Below, in pieces: positions 59,386 through 64,000 of a stretch of DNA of 64,000 nucleotides. Both the position numbers and the translations under genes were made by a program. The stretch covers positions 13,435 through 77,434 of the forward strand of contig CBDCTZ010000004.1 in the NCBI GenBank assembly GCA_965222375.1, given 5' to 3'. Origin of the DNA: Polyangiaceae bacterium (GTDB lineage: Bacteria > Myxococcota_A > Polyangia > Polyangiales > Polyangiaceae). The notes under the pieces are model-generated. The model worked only from the letters and a program-made list of their open reading frames with translations. It did not search any database and was not told where the DNA came from. Within the stretch, counting starts at the first letter, position 1, and every line of letters begins with the position of its first letter.

Positions 59386-60099
59386 TCAGCCTTGAAACTC
59401 GGGAGGAAGCCAACGCTCGATTCGGCTACGGACCTCCTGCACCAGCTCGTCCCGACGCTCATGACCGTAACCCGTCGGATCAACGGGCTCGCCCACATAT
59501 AGCTCCACGGTACCGCCTGGATGCACCGTCCAACCCTTCGCCAGCAGGACGTTGCGGGTTCCGACGATGGTGACGGGCAAGATCCTGACCCCCGTATCTA
59601 GAGCCAGGTGGAAGCCACCCTTCTTGAAGGGAAGCAACTTGCCAGTGCGGCTGCGGGTACCCTCCGGAGCAATCCAGATGCTGGTGCCATTTGATAGCGC
59701 GTGCTTGGCGTGGGCCAGCCCCTGAATAGCTCGCTCGCGGTTCTGGCGATCCACCTCGACGAATCCCGAGGCCCGCATGGCTCGAGACCAAACGGGCACG
59801 CGAAATAGCTCCTTCTTGGCCACCATGCGGACGCGCCGTCCCAGGGATTGGAAGATGACCGGTATGTCGTATAGCGACTGGTGGTTGCTCATGACGACGA
59901 AGGTCTCGTCGGGCGCCAGGCTGTCCACATCGTAGGCGTGCAACTGAATGTTCGCCTGGTCGAGCAGGCGACGGGACCAGCGGTCGAGACGCTCGTCGCA
60001 GATGTCCGTGGTTACGCGCCCAATGGCCGATTCTGCAACCGTCGGAACGCTGATTTTCGCGGTCTCGACAATCGCTCGGGACAGATGCCATACCGTCAT
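59386..60099 (-). CDS. plsC: 1-acyl-sn-glycerol-3-phosphate acyltransferase
   Basis: NHQSLYD, AKKEL, PEGTRS, FKKGGF. Confidence 0.9.
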   Translation of the reverse strand: MTVWHLSRAIVETAKISVPTVAESAIGRVTTDICDERLDRWSRRLLDQANIQLHAYDVDSLAPDETFVVMSNHQSLYDIPVIFQSLGRRVRMVAKKELFRVPVWSRAMRASGFVEVDRQNRERAIQGLAHAKHALSNGTSIWIAPEGTRSRTGKLLPFKKGGFHLALDTGVRILPVTIVGTRNVLLAKGWTVHPGGTVELYVGEPVDPTGYGHERRDELVQEVRSRIERWLPPEFQG

Positions 60100-60163
60100 G
60101 AATCGAAGCGAGGGCCTTATCAAAAGATGGCCACGGTCGCAACGTCGCGCCACGGCCAGCCCG

Positions 60164-61711
60164 TCAAGGCAATGCAAGCGGCGTACGCAGGAGCCCCGGA
60201 AGGGCGCGGCTAGGCGGCTTCAAAAGGCGGCGCCGCGGCCGTTGTCGCGGTCTACCGGGCTCTGGAATGGTCTCCCAGACGTAGAATAGCTCCAGCCTGA
60301 CGAGACGATCTTCGCTCCGCCCAGTGCGCTCTGGATAGCGCCTCAAATAGTCTTCCACTCCGACCAGGTAGCCCGCAAAACGCGGTTCCGCCAAGCGACG
60401 GTGAAAGTCGCCCCACTGCTGGCTCATGCCAAAGCCGCCCACCGGCTGCAGATCGAAGTTCGGCGCGCGCCCTGTGAAGGGGTCGATGCGGCGCCCGCCA
60501 GCTGTATGGGCGACAGCAACAATTCTCCCATCTTCGTCGGGCGGGTTTGGCGCGAACATGCTCCATCCCTGGAACATGCGGGGTGCTAGAACCATCCCTT
60601 GAACCCATTTTGGTTGCTTCCATTTGAGGGAGTCTGGGACAGCGGGGTTTTCCAGCAACAACTGCCAGCCGGCCACAATCACTAGCGGCAGGATGCACGC
60701 CTCCCGACCCAGCACCTTCAGCCTGGATGAGAAGCGATCGACTCCCGATGAGTCTGTTGACGCGGGTTCGGAACTGGAACGCGCCTGCCGCCAGAGCCAG
60801 CGACCCATTTTCGTCTCCGGAGCTCGGCGCCCGAACCGCGCCTCCAAACCACGCCAACTCTGCGCCGGTTGCAGCGCGACGAATCCGGCCATCATCGCCC
60901 ATGAGAAGGGCCCCAGTTCGACCAGTAGTGCAATCGTCAGGTGAAGCAGGCAGCCGAGCCCCCACGCAGCGGCACGCGCGCGAGCTTGAGCGAATGGCGC
61001 GATCAATAGGATCGCAATGCAGCCCTCCAACCCGAGAGCCCCCCACGACAGCATTTGTCCAAAGGAGTGGGGGATCCACTCGCGCGCGGCCGCCCCAAGG
61101 GCTGTGACCATGCGATCTTGCTGCAAGAAGTAGTACACGGCCGTGCCCTGTTTCCAGGTGTCCCCGGTTTTCTGGACAGTGTTGAAGAAGTAGATCGCGA
61201 CCCATTGGAGCAAGAGTGCGACCGAAGCCAAGGACGTGAAGGGAGTGACCTGGCTCGCTCGCCCGGCCATGTGACGTGAATCCCAACTGAAGCGGGCACC
61301 CAAGGGCATGAAGAGGGACCAGACCGTGAGCAGGTTCAAGACGACCATGCCACCGTTCTCGAGAAGCACGTTGCGGCTGTTCAAGCTGATGGTGAACACG
61401 ACGAGTGCAATCTGCGCTGCACGAGTTCGAAAGCCGATAAGGAAGGCGACTGCAGCCGCAACATGCAACGCGAACACCATCCACACCTGCGTCTCGGTGC
61501 TCGCAACCAGGTAGACGCTGAGCAGGTGCTGACTCGGAGGGCGAAACAGAACCACATGGTTCTGGAGCCAGCCGACATTCGAGTAGTGGCTCGACAATTC
61601 CGGCGCGCGCCGAAGCAAATCGACCAAGATGACGAGGCCAAGTGCGATTCGAAACGCGCCCAAGGAACGCGGGTCGAGACTGGCGTAACGAGCCGCTAGC
61701 AGCGAACGCAC
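60164..61711 (-). CDS. HTTM-domain membrane protein with SdpA-like C-terminal region
   Basis: DPRSLGAFRIALG, SRNVLLENGG, FMPLGARFSWD, IYFFNTVQKTGDTWKQG, QGWSMFAPNP; start GTG 61711 overlaps upstream stop. Confidence 0.82.
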   Translation of the reverse strand: MRSLLAARYASLDPRSLGAFRIALGLVILVDLLRRAPELSSHYSNVGWLQNHVVLFRPPSQHLLSVYLVASTETQVWMVFALHVAAAVAFLIGFRTRAAQIALVVFTISLNSRNVLLENGGMVVLNLLTVWSLFMPLGARFSWDSRHMAGRASQVTPFTSLASVALLLQWVAIYFFNTVQKTGDTWKQGTAVYYFLQQDRMVTALGAAAREWIPHSFGQMLSWGALGLEGCIAILLIAPFAQARARAAAWGLGCLLHLTIALLVELGPFSWAMMAGFVALQPAQSWRGLEARFGRRAPETKMGRWLWRQARSSSEPASTDSSGVDRFSSRLKVLGREACILPLVIVAGWQLLLENPAVPDSLKWKQPKWVQGMVLAPRMFQGWSMFAPNPPDEDGRIVAVAHTAGGRRIDPFTGRAPNFDLQPVGGFGMSQQWGDFHRRLAEPRFAGYLVGVEDYLRRYPERTGRSEDRLVRLELFYVWETIPEPGRPRQRPRRRLLKPPSRALPGLLRTPLALP

Positions 61712-63579
61712 TACGGCCGCCTTCCTGGAGTGAACAGTCGCGGCTCGACGGAACCGAAACTGAATAGCCTCACAGGCGCGGTCTCGGCTCCCGCGTTCTG
61801 CCCCGAGTCGCGCAGCCACCAGACGTCGGCGGCAACTAGACGATCCGTCCTCCTGCCGGTGCCCTGGTGAAGACGCTGCAACCAGCCGAGAAGGTGTTGC
61901 CGGTAGCGAGTCGAGTCCTGCCGGCCGATCTGGGCTTCGTAGAGGGCGAAGCGCGGCGTCGAGGAGCGGCGCATGGTCCGACCCAAATCCGGCGCTTGCC
62001 CAGTCAGTGGGTCCAGGCTTCGCCCGTCGGCGGTTCGCCCGTCGATCAGCAGCCGTGACTGCCGCCGAAGCCCGTGGCTGAGGGTTCCGAAGCGCTGGAT
62101 CAGTGCGGGGTACTCGAGTGCTCGCGCAAGAGCAGCTACTGCAGTGCCTGGTTGGTGGCGAGCCTGGGTCAGCGGGCTATCGGTCCACAGCCGCACGATG
62201 ACCAGCACGAAGAACACCACCGCAAGCAGTGAGGGCGCCCAGGTCGACAGCCCGGGTCGGGGCGGCCTGTGTTGCCGCCGCGGCAATGCGGACGGCACGC
62301 CACACACGCCCATACCGCACCACGCCGAGATGTTCATCCGGTTTTCGGACACCCACTGATAGGCCCTGCGGACCAGGGCCCGCAAACCGGGCACCAACAC
62401 TAGCCAGAAGGCCAGCACCCCACCAGGCAGAGCTCGCAGTGCTGCGGCGATCGCGCGCTCCTCGACCCATGCCCGCCCGGACTCATCAACGACGACAATG
62501 CTCTTGTCCCGCCACGCGGAATCGAGCTGCGATGGCCATGCTTTGGCGTCAGCGTTGGCCACGATGCTCAGATGGCCAGCGAGGTCGAGGCGGCGCAACA
62601 ACTCCGCGCTCGCGGAGCAGATACCGCACGAAGCATCGTAGAGCACAGTCAGTTCCCGTTTCCTGCTTCGAAACACCTTCCTGATGATCCCAGCCAGCTC
62701 TCGGGAATCGAGAAAGAGTACGAAAGGCAGACACAACGCGAACGGTGTGGCCTCGAAGCCGAAACGCGCTGCGAGATGCAGCAGCAGTCCGGCACTCAGC
62801 AGCGGCGCGGTTACCCGAAGCCAGGAAACAACTGGCGACAGCAGCAGCGCCGCGACGAGCGCGAATTCCACGCTCACGACACCCACGGAGGCCCAAGGCT
62901 CAGGCGTTGCCCACCCCCCCCCAGTCGATGGCAGCGAGAGAGGATAGGCATTGCCCGTGGCCCAGAGCTGACGGCCATGATGTAGACCGGTCAGCGTGAA
63001 TGTCGCTGCCATGTGGGCGCGCAGCCCCAGCACGGCCAAGGAGGAGAACGTCGTCTCCGCGGGCGCTGCTGGCGCGCCGTCGCGAAACGGTCCCGCCAAA
63101 TTCGAAAACAGCCCATCGACACTCCAGCGTCGGCCCAAGGGAAGCCACAACGACCAAACCAATATGACGTTCAGCGCCAAGCTGTCGGCGTCCAGCAGCA
63201 TGGGGTTGCGAGCGGCGGCACTGATGCTGAGCGCGACCGCCAGGTAGTGGACCAGACGCGTGCGCCAGCCGACGGCAAACGCCAGAAAGATCCCTGCACT
63301 GACGGCGAAGACTCCAGACACCGCTCCCGGCGTTGCTGCCAAGTGATGCAGGGACAGTGGGCGGAGGGTAGTGTCGGCGAGCACCTGATAGCTCGGTGTC
63401 AAGCCGGAACGCACATAGAAGCGACCTAGGTCATCAAAACGGCTGGCGAGTTCCCCGAGCAGCAGCGTACCAAGTAGGAAACGGAAAACGGCCGCCCAGC
63501 GCAGGTCGACGCAAAGGGCACGATGCGGCGCATGTCCTACATGTCGGCCTGGCTCGAGGGGCTGATCTTTGGCCGTCAT
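61711..63579 (-). CDS. degenerate HTTM-domain protein with inserted DCC1/DUF393 thiol-disulfide oxidoreductase domain
   Basis: DLRWAAVFRFLLG, ARNPMLL, WLPLGRRWSVD; TVLYDASCGIC...AYQWVSENR. Confidence 0.8.
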   Translation of the reverse strand: MTAKDQPLEPGRHVGHAPHRALCVDLRWAAVFRFLLGTLLLGELASRFDDLGRFYVRSGLTPSYQVLADTTLRPLSLHHLAATPGAVSGVFAVSAGIFLAFAVGWRTRLVHYLAVALSISAAARNPMLLDADSLALNVILVWSLWLPLGRRWSVDGLFSNLAGPFRDGAPAAPAETTFSSLAVLGLRAHMAATFTLTGLHHGRQLWATGNAYPLSLPSTGGGWATPEPWASVGVVSVEFALVAALLLSPVVSWLRVTAPLLSAGLLLHLAARFGFEATPFALCLPFVLFLDSRELAGIIRKVFRSRKRELTVLYDASCGICSASAELLRRLDLAGHLSIVANADAKAWPSQLDSAWRDKSIVVVDESGRAWVEERAIAAALRALPGGVLAFWLVLVPGLRALVRRAYQWVSENRMNISAWCGMGVCGVPSALPRRQHRPPRPGLSTWAPSLLAVVFFVLVIVRLWTDSPLTQARHQPGTAVAALARALEYPALIQRFGTLSHGLRRQSRLLIDGRTADGRSLDPLTGQAPDLGRTMRRSSTPRFALYEAQIGRQDSTRYRQHLLGWLQRLHQGTGRRTDRLVAADVWWLRDSGQNAGAETAPVRLFSFGSVEPRLFTPGRRP

Positions 63580-63671
63580 TCCGTGCTGATCTCGCGAATG
63601 CCCTCCTAGGCAGGATGGGCTGGTGATTCAGGTCCCGGTAGAATAGTCTGACAGCGTAAAAAGTACGTCGA

Positions 63672-64000
63672 ATGGAAGTCTCGTGCTCCAAATGCCCCGC
63701 GCGCTACGCGGTGCCCGACGCCAAAGTGCGCGGCCGCAAGGTCCGCATTCAGTGCAAGCGCTGTAAAGCGCCCATCGTCGTCGACGGCAGCAGCCTGGCG
63801 CAGACTGCGGCGAAGGCGGACAAGCCCGCTACCTCACCCGCCGCATCGCCCCCGACATCGAAAACCTCCGACCCGAAACCTGGCGGCAAGCAGCTCGAAG
63901 CGCCGCCGAGACTGCGCATGGACTCGGGCTGGCGTGAACCCGGCGCCGTTTCCAGTCCGAAAGTGCCCGGGGCGGGCCCCGGCGCGCGTCCGCGTTCGGC
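63672..64000 (+). CDS. MJ0042-type zinc-ribbon protein (5' part only; not in ORF track)
   Basis: MEVSCSKCPARYAVPDAKVRGRKVRIQCKRCKAPIVV. Confidence 0.8.
   Translation, partial: MEVSCSKCPARYAVPDAKVRGRKVRIQCKRCKAPIVVDGSSLAQTAAKADKPATSPAASPPTSKTSDPKPGGKQLEAPPRLRMDSGWREPGAVSSPKVPGAGPGARPRS

Noticed and set aside
1..64000. tRNA, rRNA, IS or prophage genes
   Set aside because: None recognisable by eye in the short intergenic gaps; tRNAscan-SE/Infernal would be needed to exclude small RNAs formally

Overview
GC-rich bacterial chromosomal segment. Eukaryotic-like Ser/Thr kinases, a DUF4388 domain, an MJ0042 zinc ribbon, bactofilin and many secreted or lipoproteins point to Myxococcota, probably Polyangia-like (inference). 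Core genes: nhaA, gatCA, truB, trpG-trpD-trpC, xerD, rpmB, rpsP-khpA-rimM-trmD-SPOUT, map, gltBD, plsB-gpsA, plsC. Signalling genes: two kinases, PilZ, REC-GGDEF, a sigma54 regulator. Envelope genes: TolC, LptD-like, GT-C-like. I saw no rRNA, tRNA, CRISPR array, IS or prophage. Best candidates for undescribed biology: (1) a coupled pair of HTTM (gamma-carboxylase/SdpB-like) membrane proteins, one keeping the catalytic Lys motif and one lacking it but carrying an inserted DxxCxxC DCC redox domain; (2) a pseudo-Fic protein with a histone-like and coiled-coil N-terminus; (3) a miniaturised, catalytically dead GGT-like protein in a TPR/acyltransferase/DUF72 operon; (4) a recurring TAnnnT box 6-9 nt before start codons, suggesting near-leaderless transcription; (5) a protein with four GR[ED][TS]LxA[IL] repeats. 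All calls come from reading motifs by eye; no searches were run.
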